From contig OZ287719.1 in the NCBI GenBank assembly GCA_965649825.1, forward strand, positions 1-64,000: DNA of 64,000 nt, written 5' to 3'. The notes beneath the pieces are model-generated. The model did no database searches. It had not been told where the DNA came from and saw only the letters and a list, made by a program, of their open reading frames with translations. The translations under genes were made by a program, and so were the position numbers. The stretch's first letter is position 1; the number at the start of each line of letters is the position of its first letter. This DNA comes from Penicillus capitatus (taxonomy: Eukaryota; Plantae; Chlorophyta). This document shows positions 44,948-58,731 of this stretch, in pieces.

Positions 44948-46291
44948 ATGAGGTGCAGTGTGCTGTACGTGTGGCTCTGCCTTCTGCTCGTTTCCCGTGT
45001 GGCATCCGGCAGCCGTGGTATCACCGGTTAGCATCACGCGACGTCGTCAAAACGCATCTGCTGTTGTCTGAAAGGGGCACAGTTGTTCGCGGGCGTGGAC
45101 GGCGGAAACATCCTCTCACGCGTCGCCGGTCAAGAGAAGGACGATCTTCATCAGGTGCAACCATGATCCCTAGGCTATGTGCGCCAGATGAGACTGACAA
45201 CGTAGTTGCCGCTCGAGCGCAGCGCAAAGCTCCACGCACATGACAATCAGGAAACGCCTCCTCTTCACCAGGCGGCGATGGATGGAGACGTGGAAGAAGT
45301 GGAGGTGCGTCTTTTCAGTGCGACAAGGTTTTCAGAGAAGGATCACTCGTAAACAGGCTTTGCTGGACGACGGAGCAGACATCGAGGTGATCGACCGCGA
45401 TGGAATGACTGCACTCGATTGGGCGCTGGTTGAGGAAAGAACAGAAGTTGCGAAAGTGTGCCACGAACTGTACGGACGTTTCATCGTCGCGGGATTCTTC
45501 TGTAGTATCTAATCGACAGAGGAGCAAACATCGAAGCAACCGATTTCTTTCATCATACTCCGCTTATGTATGCGTCTGGTACAAGAAATGCGGAAATGGT
45601 GAAAGTACGTCTCGAACCACATGCACGTTCTGTCGTCGTGAGACTCTTCTGTAGTATCTAATCAGTAAAGGCGCAGATGTCAAAGCAGTTGACACCAAAG
45701 GAAATAATGCACTTCTCGCAGCGGCGCTGACAGTAATTGATGAGCGGATAGGACCCTCCAAGCAGGGTGAATTTGCTGAAGTCATGAAAGTGCGTCTCGA
45801 GCCACATGAACGCTCTGTCGTAGGGGGACTCTTGTGTAGTATCTAATCAATAAAGGCGCAGATGTCGACGCAGTTAATGATGATAATGGAATGACAGCAC
45901 TCATTGCTACAATACGCACTGGGAACGTCGAAGCAATAGACGTACATCCATCTCGTGTGTCGGAGGTTCTCCCAGACAAGAATCTGTTTGTGCAGGCTCT
46001 GCTTGAAGCTGGCGCCGATGTCGAAAAAACAGAGATGCCTAGCGGAATGAGACCGCTTCATTTAGCCGCAGCAATCGGAATACCCGAGATCATTGAGGTG
46101 CGTCACTCTGTTTGTCCACTGTGCAGTACTCGCTCGATGCTCCACAGATGCTGCTTGACAAAGGAGCATCCACAACTGCAGAAGACGTCGACGGGAAGAT
46201 TGCATACGATCTTCTATGCACTGTTGGGCTGTTCTGCACTATTCCCGACGAGATCGTGTCTCGATTGAAGCCCGACGGACACTTCTTTTAA
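44948..46291 (+). CDS. Signal-peptide ankyrin-repeat protein (about 6-7 repeats)
   Basis: MRCSVLYVWLCLLLVSRVASG; in-frame splicing traced through repeat exons to GKIAYDLLCTVGLFC...HFF*. Confidence 0.82.
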
Positions 46292-46999
46292 TGTCGGGCA
46301 CCGTTCTCCTGTGCTAGCCGAGGCGTTTTTTGCGCTGTTTTTTCCTTTTTGGCAATCATGTCCTACCGAAAGACAATGCCGAGACTGTTTTGCATAAGGT
46401 CTCGATGGAACGCACGAATCCCGATTCTTTTGTCACTAGCTGGGTAAAGGGGGAAGATGAGATTCTACCGCTTTTAGCCGAAGAAACACAGATGTTTGAA
46501 GTTTGGAACAAACTGCGAGTCAGGGGTGACGGAATCGCGCCGCTTTCGCCCACGTTCTCCGTCGACGATGCGACGAATCGTGAACTTCCTCGCACAGAAT
46601 GTGACTGGAGTCTCGCACAGACAGGACCATCGTTTCTCCTTCGAAATTCGCCGAGATCCAGTAATCGTGGCTCGAAGAAATCGAGATGCATTTCAGTCTT
46701 CAGCGACTAAAGCGATGTGGTTCGGAAGACTGCACGATCAGACATCACATATTCCGCAGAGAATGGACGCGATCACTCCTTCCTTTCGGCGAAACAACGG
46801 AAAACGCTCGATGCGCAAATCACCTTTACAGAGATGGTGTCCGCAGAACCTTCTACGCCGCTCTGCTCATGTCGTTCTCTGTAGCAACCACAAGAGAACC
46901 GTCGTGTGACTTAGAGGGCAGCGCGTGTGCACGCATGTCGGTCGCTTTGGCATGTGACGCGGAGCGACTGAGGGCAAACGGTCTGCACGATACGGCACC

Positions 47000-47840
47000 A
47001 CACAGATGAGATAGCTTTCTTACGGAGACCCGACCTTGCGGGACCTTCTCTTCGGGCTCGGCTGGAAATCGTATCTTCGTCGTCTTTAACGCCGGAAGAT
47101 AAACACGCTGGTAGACTTGCCACGGATTGGACCCGACAGTGGTCAGATCTGGATCGCGACGGCTAATGACCATCACGGGATGTGACCATCTTCGTGACGT
47201 GATCGATGTCCTTGAACATGCAAGGACACACGTTCCAGAATTCTGCAAGTTGCGAAGGCCCCACAGAATCACGCAGGTGACGCAGCTCAAGCACGCGCAA
47301 ACGATGAGCGCGTCGAATGTTGACGCTCCTAACTTGGTTCCACCAGCATTTCAAGCTGCAGGTGTTCTTTCTCTGCCGGCAGAACAGACGGCGCAGTTTA
47401 TTGGTGTTCCAACGAATAGGTCGGCGTAGATCTCGGACGGCCCATAGAGGCCAACGACCTGCAGGAGTTTCTCTTTGTCCTTCGCACATACGCGTCGCGA
47501 CGTGTTCCTCGTCTTTGCTGACGCGCAGATACTCTTATCTTGCTTCCACCAGTGCGTTTGAAATATAGATCTGCAGTCCCTTAAGAAGAGTTCGGACAAT
47601 CTCGAGTTGTATCACGTTGCCGCCTCCACGTGCTCCTCATGTGGCGTCTAGGCCGACCCATCTCCCGTTTTCCATCCGTAAAGAATCGTGCCGTCTTCAA
47701 TGCTCCTCTCCGATTCGCAGAACATCGCTCCATTGTCGTCGGCACTGACAAATTTCCTCTTTGCTGCGCTGTAGAACGAGATTCTCTCTTCCGAGTCGTC
47801 AATGAAGACCATGAATATTACGTCGTCCGTCAGGTGGCTG
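47000..47840 (-). pseudogene. Possible fascin-like beta-trefoil gene relic
   Basis: Segments ISFYSAAKRKFVSADDNGAMFCES and YLRVSKDEEHVATR resemble fascin repeats; no complete model. Confidence 0.3.
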
Positions 47841-48002
47841 CCGAGACGAGTGCGTCACAACTGCCCTGACACACTATCGACGTCATGTCGAGACGGCGAA
47901 TCTAACGCGCAGCGACGGCGATTCCGCTTCCCCCGAATCTGACGGTGCGCTGCATCATTGTGAGTCTTCTCAAAGAACAGACACGACGAGCAAGAACAGC
48001 GC

Positions 48003-48026
48003 CAGACAGACAGACAGACAGACAGA
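48003..48026. repeat. (CAGA)n microsatellite
   Basis: Six units visible. Confidence 0.9.
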
Positions 48027-49038
48027 AGGCTGCCTCGGACACGCAGCAGACGAAATCGCATGGCGTCGCACAGTACCTCACGCCTCATACCTCGTCATCG
48101 ACAACCAGCAAGAGGATAGAGTGCGTACCACCGAGGAAACGGGAACCGTTGTCTGCGACAGAGCGTCAATGCGATCAGTTCTTCGAAGCAAACGAGGTGG
48201 AATCGTCACAGGCACACGGAGTTGCCCAATCTCTGCAAACTGGCTGTAGCCTTGTTCCCAGATATCAGGTCAGACCGTCTACCGCATCCTTCTGACAGTT
48301 CTTTTGACAGGTCACAAGATATCCACAGACACATCGACCGCTTCACAAATCGCCTTCCACTAGTGTCAGTTCCTAGGCGAATCGCTCCGCTAACAAGCGA
48401 CTCATGGTGGTGCATCATGACCTGTCGCATCCGACAGATGTGCAGGGTGCTAGACACGTCGTGTCTACGCAGTAGTTCTCCACGAAGTTTGCTGTACATC
48501 CATGCAAGGCTTCAAAGAAGAGTGCAATACAACAGACATGTCCGACTGCTATCAGATTCGACGGTCGCGACAGATCCGCTGTGTCATCCGGAGAGAATGC
48601 TGTCCGAGTGACGACGTTCTTTTCGTCAGGACATCGACGCAGAGAGTCTACGCCGACTGAAGTCGTCCTTAGCAACTCCGAAAAGCTGAAGATCTCTCGT
48701 TCGGGATGAACGCGCACATGTCAGCGTCGAATAGCGGGTGTCGCTCGCTCGCAGAGCAAAGCGACCGCGCGCAACAGTTCAGAGACTGACACGAGGAGAG
48801 TCGCAGGATAACCGACCTCTCTCTGCTCTGGTCGCATGAAAACCAGTATCTGAGATTTGCTGCATGCGAGATGAGCCGCAGTAAAACGACGACGAGAGGC
48901 GACGTTGATGTCCAGTACAGCATTTACATGGCAGCTCGGACGCGATACAAATTCGACCATGCATTCCATTCCTGAGGTCGCATTTGATTCAAACTTCACA
49001 TTTCAGTCCGAGTATAGAATATTTCCCTTTCGCGGCCG

Positions 49039-49045
49039 TATAAAA
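49039..49045 (+). promoter_or_regulatory. Candidate TATA box (TATAAAA) of the ankyrin gene
   Basis: Lies 20 bp upstream of ATG 49065. Confidence 0.45.
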
Positions 49046-49064
49046 CCTGTTTCTCCGCGCAAAC

Positions 49065-51101
49065 ATGAAGTGCGCCGTGCTGCACGCGTGGACGTGTCTT
49101 CTTCTGGTCTTCTACGCGACATCCGCCAGCCAGGGTGCCGCCGCCATTGAACCATCCCATCCATCTTTCGACGAGCGTGTTGCTGTGGAAGCAGTTCTGT
49201 CGTCCACGGAGCAACGACTCGATAACAAGCGACTGCGCGTCGACGTCAAAGTAATCGACCGGCAAACACCTCAGGTAATCGATGTCCCGCTACGGGTGAC
49301 GATGGATACGGAAATTGCCTTTGCAGTTTTCGGCCGGAAGCGGCGCAAGCGTGGATGCGGGCCGCAGCAACTCGGGGCCGACTCCCCTTCACCTGGCAGT
49401 GGCCAACGGAAAAACTGATGATGCAAAAGTGCGACATGCCTGTTGACGACACTCGTCGAAGCTTATCGCCCATGCAGGCACTTCTTCGCGGAGGAGCCGA
49501 CATCGAAGCAACGGACGAGACAGGGCTGACGCCGCTCTACTACGCCGTTCTGTCCGAGAAGGCGGACATGATAAAGGTGCGTCATTGAGGGTGCGAATTT
49601 CACTGACAGGAGTCTTGTCAGTTTATACTCGCCGAGGGCGCAGAGATCGAAGCGGCAACCGCTACACAATGGACTCCGCTTTTCTACGCCGTTTCAACCC
49701 GGAACGTGGAAATAGTCAAAGTAAGGCACGAGCTGTGTAAAGCTTTTTGGGGACAGAAGTTTTTTTAGGCTCTCCTCGTCGGTGGCGCTAAGACCGAGGC
49801 GACCGACACAAGACAAAACAGACCACTCCATTACGCTTCGCTCTACGGGACCGTCGAGATCGTCAAAGTGCGTCCTGCTCCCAGCGGCGATCTGTGAAGA
49901 ACCGTCGTGTCTGCAGGCTCTCATCGGTGGAGGAGCGAACGTAGAGGCGGTGGGCGAAGGAGGACAGAGGCCACTCCACCGTGCAGCACAGTCGAAGATC
50001 GTGGATCTAGTGAAGGTGCGTCGCTCTCTCTCTCTCTTTATAAAAATCGTGATTGCATCTTGTGCAGGTTCTGCTCGACAGTGGCGCATCGCTCGACGCC
50101 ACTGACGGCAGTCGACGGACGCCGCTTTCCTGGGCGGCATCTCGCGGAGATGCCGAAGTCGCAATGGTGCGATGCGGATGCACAAGCTCTCTCCAGCGAT
50201 ATCTGTCGGTGTAGGTTCTGCTGGGTCGTGGCGCAAAGTCTGCGACAACGGATAGCCACGGACGTACTCCAAGTCAGTTTGCGAAGGCGTCTGGATACGT
50301 CGAAATCGCAGAGGTGCGAGCGATACTGATCGGTTCAGGTCTTATAAGGATGTCTATCGTGGATACAGACACTCGACCAAGTCGCACGGTTCGAGGCGAC
50401 CGGCAGTGCTCCATCTGTCGGTCTGATTTCGGCAGCGGGGACTGGAAAGGTTGAACTCGTCAAGGTGCTTCGACGCGACTAATCGCCGTCTTTTGAGACA
50501 CATTCTCCGACGCAGGTCCTGCTCGACCGAGGTGCAAACATCGAGTCGAGAGATTCCATCGGAAGGACGACACTTAGTGTTGCACTGTCGCAGAAAAGAG
50601 TTGAAGTCGTAAAGGTGCGTTGACGAAACTGTGCACTGTCTTCCGATGCGGATGGCTGCCGATGCAGGTCCTGCTTGACCGAGGTGCAGACATGGAAGCG
50701 GGTGATAAAGACGGTTGGAAAGCGCTTCATTACGCAATAACATATGCACCTGTTGAAACCGTCAAGGTGCGTTGACGAAACTGTTCTACGTCTTTTGAGG
50801 TTAAGAGATGCCGTCGACGCAGATCCTGCTTAACAGAGGTGCAAGCATCAAAGCGACGAACAATTGGGGAACCACGCCACTTCATTCTGCGGCAGGAGCT
50901 GGGCGTGCTGAAATTGCAAGAGTGAGTTAAAACGGTTTTGCGTTCTGATACATTTAACCCGTTGGACAGATCTTGCTCGATCGTGGAGCGTCGAAGACGA
51001 TTAAGGACAAATACGGAAAGACTCCTTATAATGTCATATGCGCGACTTATGGCTGTTCTCCGCAGATTCGATCTGCCCTCGAGTCTCTGTTGCGTACCTA
51101 A
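49065..51101 (+). CDS. Signal-peptide ankyrin-repeat protein (about 11-12 repeat exons)
   Basis: MKCAVLHAWTCLLLVFYATSASQG; phase-0 33-codon exons; ends GKTPYNVICATYGC...LLRT*. Confidence 0.87.
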
Positions 51102-52014
51102 AGGTTACAACTGCGGATGTCTCCTGTTACACTCTTATCCTGTTTAGCCTGTCAGGCACGTTTGAATGAATCCATTGAACGGAGCTGCCGTATAAAGCTC
51201 CATCTCGACTGTTCAACTTCGAGTAAAGATGTCGATTGTTCTGAGTGTTGCTCTGCGCGTCAAGGAGTCTTGTTCACCTCGCGCCGAAAGCAAAAGCATT
51301 ATTAAATCGTTTCACACCACTCGGCTGGACATCTGTCGATCATTCCTTTCCCAGTACTTTAGACTCACCACTCAGCGTAGAGCATAAATCCTGCACCCGA
51401 GCAATTTACCTTTCAGATCTTCAAGGTCAACCTTGCTAACAGCTATGTATGCGGTATCTTGCGCGTCTGTCGTCGCGGTCGTCGCGATCTGTCTGACAAG
51501 TGCGTCTTCAAAAAAAAAGAAAGCTGTATAGAAGACGTTGCCTTTTTTACCTAACAATGAAGAGAAGGCTTCGACGATTCGACGCAATTCTTCGCTGTTC
51601 ATCGTAACGCGACGCGACACAAGATCAATCCAAAGCTAACGGATCACACTGAGTGAGCATTCTGTTCGATCGACAGAACGTCCGTGTACACATATGAATA
51701 TCTTGAGACCCACGACTCCACATTTCTCAATTTGTCAAATCACTAGATTGGCCTCACGCAGACCTAACGATTTATCATTTTATCCTTTGAACAGATAGAT
51801 GATAAGATAAGCAGCTAGCTAATATCAAGAAATACACCACATCTCCGACACGGATCGGACGGACGTTACGAATGTCTTCTTGTCCGTTTCTCTGATCGAT
51901 CGTGATTTCTGAACGGCCAACAAAAATCGAGTCCCCCACCGAATCCATACAATTGCTAGTGAATGCGTTCAATGATCTGCTGTCGCGCGTCGTGCAAGAT
52001 CGATCTGCTGCTTC

Positions 52015-55000
52015 CTAGGACGACGGTTCACCTTGTTCTTGCATTTCGATCGAGATCTGCGAATCGTATCTGCTCTTTGGGACAGCATCCTTCGATGGAC
52101 ATCCGGCTCGAATCATCGCCGCCATCTTAACGAAAAGACTGTAGATGCCCATGTTGTTCTCATGAGCCGCCATGAAACTGGCATCAGATGCTTCGAGTTT
52201 CAGATCAAGGAAGACATGAAGACCGGCATACAAACGATAGATCATATAGATCAAAAATGAAACATTCACCATCAAAGTGAAGGCCACCATCGACGATCGA
52301 CCTAACGACGTCGAATTGGTATCGTGCAGAATGATGGCAGAGAAGAACAAGATAATGGATGACGCCAGAGACGCCGATTCTAATGTATTGAGATGAATGC
52401 TATTGTTGAAAGCAAGCCAACGTTGAGCGAGCTTTGGCACGTGGAGCCTCTCAAAGATGTCTCCGGCGTACTCCGGAAGATTATTGTGGCGCTCGGGTGT
52501 CTTGAACGGAACCACAAAGGCTTGCAGGATATGTGCCAGGATTAAGATGCCGACACAGAGCGAGGCCTGCAGTGTTGGACCGATATGGACTGAGAACACA
52601 ATGACGGCGACGATGAGGGCTTTCCGGATGAGAATGGTCGATTCCCAGGCGTTGGTATACCAGTCCTTACGGTACGCTTGGTAGAGGAACCAATAACGCG
52701 AGATGAATTCCGTCTTGGTCACACTGTTTCTGTTCAGCGGCAGCCACACGACGATCCAAACGATACCGCCGAAAGCCGCCATCAGACCTACGGCTCCTAC
52801 GATGCTTGCTGGCAGATGATGGCCTTTGAAACACTCCAGTGCTGTGTCTTCTGCCCAGTAACGACGCTCGCCGGATTCGATGGCATAGCGTCGATAGGGA
52901 TGATCTGGCAGAATGTCTGCGTCGTCTTTCTCCACCTCGACACAGTTGATCGCACGAAGCAGCTCATAGACGATGTCAATGTATGAGAAATAGAGTGAGA
53001 CGATGCAGATGATGATGACGCAGGTGATATATCGTGTGCGGTTGTGCCGGACAGAAAACTGAACGCCGTTGTTGACGAATGCCTGGCAATGGACGCACCA
53101 CCAGATGAGTGAGAAGAACAGCAAGAGTGAGGCCAGAACGATCCATGGCATGGCCAGACGGATCCAGAGAGCACTGATCGATGCAGGCATCTTGTGATCT
53201 TTGAAGTGACACTCGAAGGGCACGTTGAGTACTTCGCTGGTCAGTCCCACAAGAGTGGCTGCAGAAAGAGTGACCCGTCAGTTATGGTCACACATTTTGG
53301 CGGCGCACCTTCGGCGTCGAGCAAAGCATCGATCAGCGTGTTCCATTGGGTCCTCAGATGCAAGGCACTGCTCGTCACTTGGAGGTAGTTGATCAGAATC
53401 TGCCGGATGTCACACATAAAAGGTTTGAAGATCAATAGCTGCGGTCACACTTTTAACGTCTCTGTCAGTTGGACGGTTGCGATCACTTGATCGGCGAGGA
53501 TCTCCTGCAGTTGGCTGTCGTAGACCTCCGATCCTACGGATGTCTCTACAACCACCATCATGTCAGGAAAAGAGTGAGAATGAGTGAGAAACCCGTTTCT
53601 AAGACGCGCATCACCCTCGATGTTCTGGCGCCGCAGATCGGTCGTGATCTCGGTAACGTACGGGGATGTTCCCTGGCGTCCGTACGGACTTCGTTCTTGA
53701 CCAGCTGAACTCGAGTGTTCATCGACAGCAGCGTGATGCTACAGTTGACGCCAAGAAGGACGAAGAGCCACAGGGCTGCCAGGAAGACCAATCCACCTTG
53801 GCGGGCTCCCCCTTTGGGACATTTCTCGCAGGTTCCGGTACGCGAATGACCGTACTCTTCCTGACAAGACCCACAGAGCACACCCTCGTACCCAACAGCG
53901 CACTGTATGTACTGCGCAAACGGCGGCTGCGGTCCACCGTCGTCCAGATACTCCTGCAATGCCGTCAGATCTTCTTGCACCCGTGTGGTGTTGTCATAGT
54001 ACGCCGTGAGATTCGTTTCTCTTCCGCTCTCGTCGCACGCTATTGGATGGATGCATGTGTGGAAGATGGGTGAGAATGGAGTGGAATGCCAGAAGCCGTT
54101 TGCCGGCACCAATGTCGTTCCGCCATGACACTGGGCATTGCTCTCGCATCCTTGACAGCTCCCACCAGACGGATGGAATCCGTACTGCTCCGGCGGACAT
54201 CGCCGACAGGTATCTGCCTGCGTGATCTCTCCAGGCAGACACGCTCTCGTCAAAATCTCCACCTCCAACATCACGTTTCGATGTCGCTCACTCACCACAC
54301 GTAATGTACTGGACGTGTTAACGCCCCACGCAAAGGTATTGTTAATCACTGCCACGCCTTCGAACGCCATGTAACGGAGATCGCCGATGATGGCGTCTGA
54401 GATAAGGGTGAGTTCCATACGGGCATCGTCGATGGCCCGGACAATCGTCTGACCAAAACTGTCCCGCACGGCGATGCGGAGATCACGGAAGCAGGTGTCG
54501 TTGAACGGATCTTCTTTGCAGGGAATGACGAGTCGATCTGTACTGGCCACTCTCTTGAGCGGTCCGTCCCATCCTTCAATCACCAATTGCTGTGCCTGCG
54601 TCCCTGCATCGGCCGCTTTGATGTCGGCGCCGTCGGAAATCTCATTGTTTCCGATGTAACTACAGTAGGCCTCTAATTGATTTGCGCCGGAGGGGTGGGC
54701 GATGAAGCTGGTACTGGTGATCCAGTGTTCACTCGTGGCATCGCAGGCCAGCGAAATGCCATCTGGTAGTGTCTGAAAGACGCCGCCGGCATAGAGCGCC
54801 CTGTTCCGTGTAACCGTCACATTATAGAAGACGAATCGCTGACAGGTGTCCAGTCCATAAGCCGCCGGAATACAATCGGATCGCTCCTGCCGATTCCAGT
54901 AGAGATCGGACATGTGCACGGACAGCGCCCCTACAGAAGAGAGTTCTGCCTCAAAGGATGTGTATGTGTGAGACTGGCACCTCCAACGGTGGCTTCATTT

Positions 55001-57185
55001 TCGGTAAGAGTGAGATTGCGGAAGGTGATTTCGGCGAGAGTGAACATACGGATGTTGATAAGGTACAGACAAAGACCGCCGCCGTGTCCCTCATCCACTG
55101 CCGTCAGGTAACGCAGCAGTGTAAAATTCCTGAGCTGCTCATGGAAATCTGGTATCTTGACGTTCGCTTCAGGGAGCGGCTCAAATCGAGCGCCCTCTTG
55201 GACAAATCTCTGCAGCTCAGGTGTCCCCCACGGCAACGCCCTGTTGCCAATAAAGTTGGTATATTCAATCTAGATCATAGACGTCACGTCAGAGGTCGAT
55301 GTGCGAAGACAGAGATGGTACTCGGATGATGAAGAGGATGGCGTGGCCAGGTTCGTAGTAGAGACCGCCGCCGATGGCGGCAGTGTTGTTTCGGAAGATG
55401 CTTCGTTGATCATCGTCATCTCGAACGATGAGGGATGTGAGGGCCAAGCAGGCGATTCCCCCTCCAGTCAAGGCTCTGTTATTTTCAATGACGACACCGC
55501 GGAGGATGACCACTGCTGAGATGGAGAAAAACCGGATGGCCCCGCCGTATCGGTAGGCAATGTTGTTGCGTATCACGACGCCTGCCAAATGCATTCCACC
55601 TAAATCCAGCACCATCTCACACTTTTGAATGCGAGCGAGCACAAAGAGTGACCGATTGTCTCGGCAAAGATGGCGCCGCCAAATGTGGCGGCGCCGTTTT
55701 CGATGTAGGTCAGGGCCGAAGGATCTTGTGGATTTCTTGCGATCACAAGCGATGCTGCACGTATCACGTTTATGCCTGCCCCATAGATCGCACGATTATT
55801 GGCAATTCTGCTGCTCATGACGACGACATTGGCTGACTGAATCAAGATCCCTCCACCCGATGCCAGTCCAACGTTTCCATCGAACACGCACGAGACAACG
55901 GTGTGATTTGCCGTTGCCAGCGGAACGGATTGGATCGCCAAGGCACCGCCCGATCGTGCACGGTTTCGCACAAAGCGGACATTGACAACGGTCCATTCCA
56001 CGTGGATGTCTGCCAACGATTCGTACACAATGGCGCCGCCATAGAATCCATTCCGTCCTCCCAGGACATACGCCAGTCCATCTGGCTGTTCTCCATAGAA
56101 ACCGCGGTTGTCCACAAAGAGAGAGCGCGAGATGTTGAAGGCAGAGGTGTGACCGACACCGAAGCGACGATCGTGAACGACAGCCATGCCGCCGCCGCCA
56201 CGATGTCCCGTATTGTTGGCAAACTGGCAGCGGTGCACGAGGAGATGTGCCGGATTGAGAGCGGCAATAGCGCCTCCCATACCATCCGTTGCCTGTTTCT
56301 GCGTCACGAGTCTGGCCCGAAGGACGTCGTCGATTTTCTGCACCGTTTCGTCGGCTCTGGCAACGTTCTCTTCAAAAATCGATTCTTCGATGCGCAACGA
56401 AACGTGTCGTGCGTTGCGGGAATAGATGGCGCCGCCGGCGATGTCGGCCGCATTGTGGCGAAAAGTGGACGACTGGATATCGAGATCAGCATCGGCGGCA
56501 AAGATGGCCCCTCCATACAATGCGAAATTCTCGTGCCAATGACACGCGACAAATCGCGCCAGCGTCGGATAGCATCGATCTGAAGCGCAGCCATTCACAC
56601 GAACAGCGCCGCCACGGAAGGTGCGACCCAGCTGACCATTCTGGCGAAACTCCATGTCTTCAAAGAGCACTTCCAGCGGTGCACGTGTGTTTTTCCCTGT
56701 CCCATCCACAACCACTCCATGCGTGGCGCATCCCACGACTGACATCGACCGCAATATCAATCCAGTTGCTCTATTCGAAAAGAGTGAGTGAGCGATGATC
56801 CGATTGAGCGATCTCTGTGGTCACACTTTATGCGAAAGGCATTTTGGACAATGCCGGGCGTGCAGCGAATCGTTGTCCGATGTTGCGGATGTCCTTCGAT
56901 CGTCACGTTCGGCACTTCGATGGCAATCTCCGGTCCGAACAGAATCGCATCGCTGCCAAGGCGAATGATCGCATTGGATGTGGCGGTCGATACCGCCTGT
57001 CTCAATTCCAAGTACGTCTCCGCCGTCATCTCTCTTCTCTCTTGCAGTATCTCGCGTCCCCTGTGCTCTCCTACACCACAGACATCCTATCCAGAGGCAC
57101 TGGCCGAGAGGAGATGCATCAGACCGCGGGCGATAGGACCGCATATCAGCAGGAAGCTACAGAGGAGAACGACAACGCGAGGCAT
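52015..57185 (-). CDS. Pmp-like beta-helix + Cys-rich + multi-TM receptor-like protein, paralog of 4461-16494; apparently intact
   Basis: MPRVVVLLCSFLLICGPIARG signal peptide; GGAI/FxxN repeats in 55600-56760; GFWHSTPFSP and C.VGYEGVLCGSC; TM domain 52015-53250 collinear with 15202-16494. Confidence 0.88.
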
Positions 57186-57407
57186 GTCGTCCATATCTAC
57201 CGATGCGCTCTCTTTTCGGCGCGTTACCCCTCACGCCCGTTATCAGGATAATAAATATCGCTATTCTGCTCAGCGCGTTGCGTCAGTGCAGCCGTTGAGA
57301 GGGTGAATGATGATGATGATTATCTTATGCGAGCTGAGTCAGCGTGTCTGCCCAGATGCCGTCGCCATCGCCGTCGCGTCGCTGTGTCCGACAGCGAGGT
57401 GTGTGCG

Positions 57408-58413
57408 ATGCGTGCCTCTGTATCTTCTTCGTCCTCTTCCACGACGCGTCGTCGTTTTGCCTCGGTCAGCGATGTGCACGGCCGTTCCACGTCGCCAAAA
57501 TCGTCGCCGCGTCGTCTATCGCGTCGTCGTTGCGCTCAGCGTCCAGTGCGTTGTCGCATGATGTTCGGTCAGCCGGACCAGCCAGAAACGACGCCTCCTG
57601 GTGTACCGGACAGTATCCCGAATACCTCTGTCGAATCAGACTGGCGCAGTTTTCGAGCAAAGCTCGTAGCGCGCTATCCGTCGGCTGAGGAGGAACCTTT
57701 GGAATGGGCCCATCCCCTGCCTGCTCCCGAGCTCGGTTGCGTTCTTGTGGCACATCCTCTCATGTTTGCCAGGCAACAGACATACTTCAATCTCGCTGTC
57801 ATCTTTGTTTTCGTCCATGATCATACTGGCAGCGCCGGTCTCATTCTGAACAAACCAACACGTTACTGCCTCGGCGAGATTGATGTGACCAAGAACGTGG
57901 CAACTGGCTTCGAGGAGAATCCACTCTATCTCGGCGGAGACGTCGGAGAAGACTCGCTCAATCTCCTCCATCGATTCGGTGATCTGGAAAATGCGATCGA
58001 AGTCGTGAAGGGTGTCTACCTTAACGGATTTGAAGCGGCGCAGAAAGCCGTACTGAGAGGCAGCCGAAATCCCGGCGATTTTAAATGGTATGCCCGTTAC
58101 TGTGGCTGGAATCCTGGACAAGTAAGAGATACGTCTCACTGTTTCTCACACAATCAATGCGATTTGTTTGCAGCTGGAGGAGGAATGCAAAAGCGGCGTG
58201 TGGTTTCCAGCTGCGTGCAGTTCGGGCCTCGTTGTCAAGGAACAGAGTGTTTTGCACGGTCCCGCAGATCTGTGGCATCAAGTGATGCAGCTCATGGGAG
58301 GAGAATACAAGGAGCTGTCCGATGTCATTATCGAAACCCACCACAAAAATGATATCGTCCAGATGCCGCCGCCACCGCCGCCACCCGCTGCAACAGACGA
58401 GAACTCGGCCTGA
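57408..58413 (+). CDS. YqgE/AlgH (DUF179) family protein with transit-peptide-like N-terminus
   Basis: DWRSFRAKL, GLILNKP, LYLGGDVG, YCGWNPGQ|LEEE...W; intron 58122-58173. Confidence 0.9.
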
Positions 58414-58731
58414 TATCAAGATGAGGGTAGAGGGTCTTGTTTTGAGACGGCTGCTGGATAGCTTCCCAGCTGTCTTTTCAATTCTTGTATTTCATCTCTG
58501 ACAAGCTCCAACTCTTCCATGGTCTGAGTCCTGGGACAACAGAAGACATGGAACTTGACTGGCAGCGATGTTATAGGATGATGACGCCGCCAACCTGGTT
58601 TTGTTCATCATTTCGAGTATCTGCGATAAACTCTGTTCGTCGGAGCGGGTGTGCCTTCGTTGAGATTCCGCGGGCACTTCAGGTTTTTTCTCCTCCTGAT
58701 TAAGAGCATGAATAGTGTGACATCCATTTAA

